Assembly: GCA_973895155.1 (NCBI GenBank)
Contig: OZ316895.1
Coordinates: forward strand, 6,684,184 to 6,748,183
DNA length: 64,000 bases
From: Marsupella aquatica
Lineage: Eukaryota > Plantae > Marchantiophyta
Direction of reading: 5' to 3'
Made by a program: the position numbers and the translations under genes. Position 1 is the first letter of the stretch; the number at the start of each line of letters is the position of its first letter. The notes under the pieces are model-generated. The model was not told the origin of the DNA. It did no database searches and saw only the letters and a list, made by a program, of their open reading frames with translations. This document shows positions 63,529-64,000 of the stretch, one piece after another.

Positions 63529-63755
63529 CTTGGGGGCCACTTTCCAAGGGGGGTCCCATATCACGCGCAAAGTTTTCAAATAATATACACCCTAAAACTT
63601 AATAAAATAAAGTAGGTATTTAGTATTTTTTAATCCCTATAATTCTTATAAGTTTCAAAAGTGGATTAAAACACCTCTATATTTCTTCAACAAAACTGTT
63701 AAAGTCTTCAGCGCAATTGAATAAATAACCCCTAACTTCTTTGTGCGCAATGGGT
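63529..63755. mobile_element. Truncated member of the same MITE family
   Basis: Starts CTTGGGGGCCACTTTCC...ATCACGCGCAA, with an AT-rich core similar to 56660-56840; no right terminus found. Confidence 0.5.
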
Positions 63756-64000
63756 CGAAAGAAAAGAATTGAGGACCACCGGGTTCTACTGCTGATTTGA
63801 ATCTTGGACCTCATTCATGCTTATGATTGGAGGGTGCTACCAATGGAATTGAAAATTTGTTGAGTGACAATTTAAGTGACACATTAAATATGCATAGTTG
63901 TCACTTTGATATGAAAGGCCCACCAGTTTCTTTGGAGGGCTCACACTCTTTTATAAAGCAGTATCGTTTCCAAAAGAAAGTGCTACACTCTCCATCTTGA

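Noticed and set aside
63790-63850. tRNA gene (also B-box-like motif near 37815)
   Set aside because: Only degenerate A/B-box similarity and no cloverleaf; at most SINE remnants.

Overview
Eukaryotic, intron-containing, transposon-rich DNA, most likely from a non-seed land plant (liverwort-like; inferred from the gene family). The core is a tandem array of microbial-type terpene synthase-like (MTPSL) genes, all on the + strand with the same four-exon structure. Three have intact reading frames (3016-4917, 31810-33792, 59658-61690) and one is a pseudogene (about 46140-47745). The paralogs are mosaics of two 5' 'head' types and two 'body' types, and they differ at active-site motifs. About 190 bp downstream of MTPSL2 sits a 10.6-kb element (33982-44544) with terminal inverted repeats and TTAA flanks; its empty site can be rebuilt from the MTPSL1 flank. 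It contains a decayed Kolobok-type DDE transposase with an internal SAP motif, a convergent KolX/P2X7-C-terminus-like ORF, a truncated CYP85-clan P450 and probable LRR debris, i.e. an apparent cargo-carrying Kolobok-like element in a land plant. Also present: a full-length but disabled Bianca-type Ty1/copia element with identical 110-bp LTRs, a decayed PIF/Harbinger element, several L1 LINE fragments, a CTCGGGGG-ended MITE family with 8-bp target-site duplications (TSDs), other TIR elements and short tandem repeats. Family assignments come from manual motif recognition; no database search was run.
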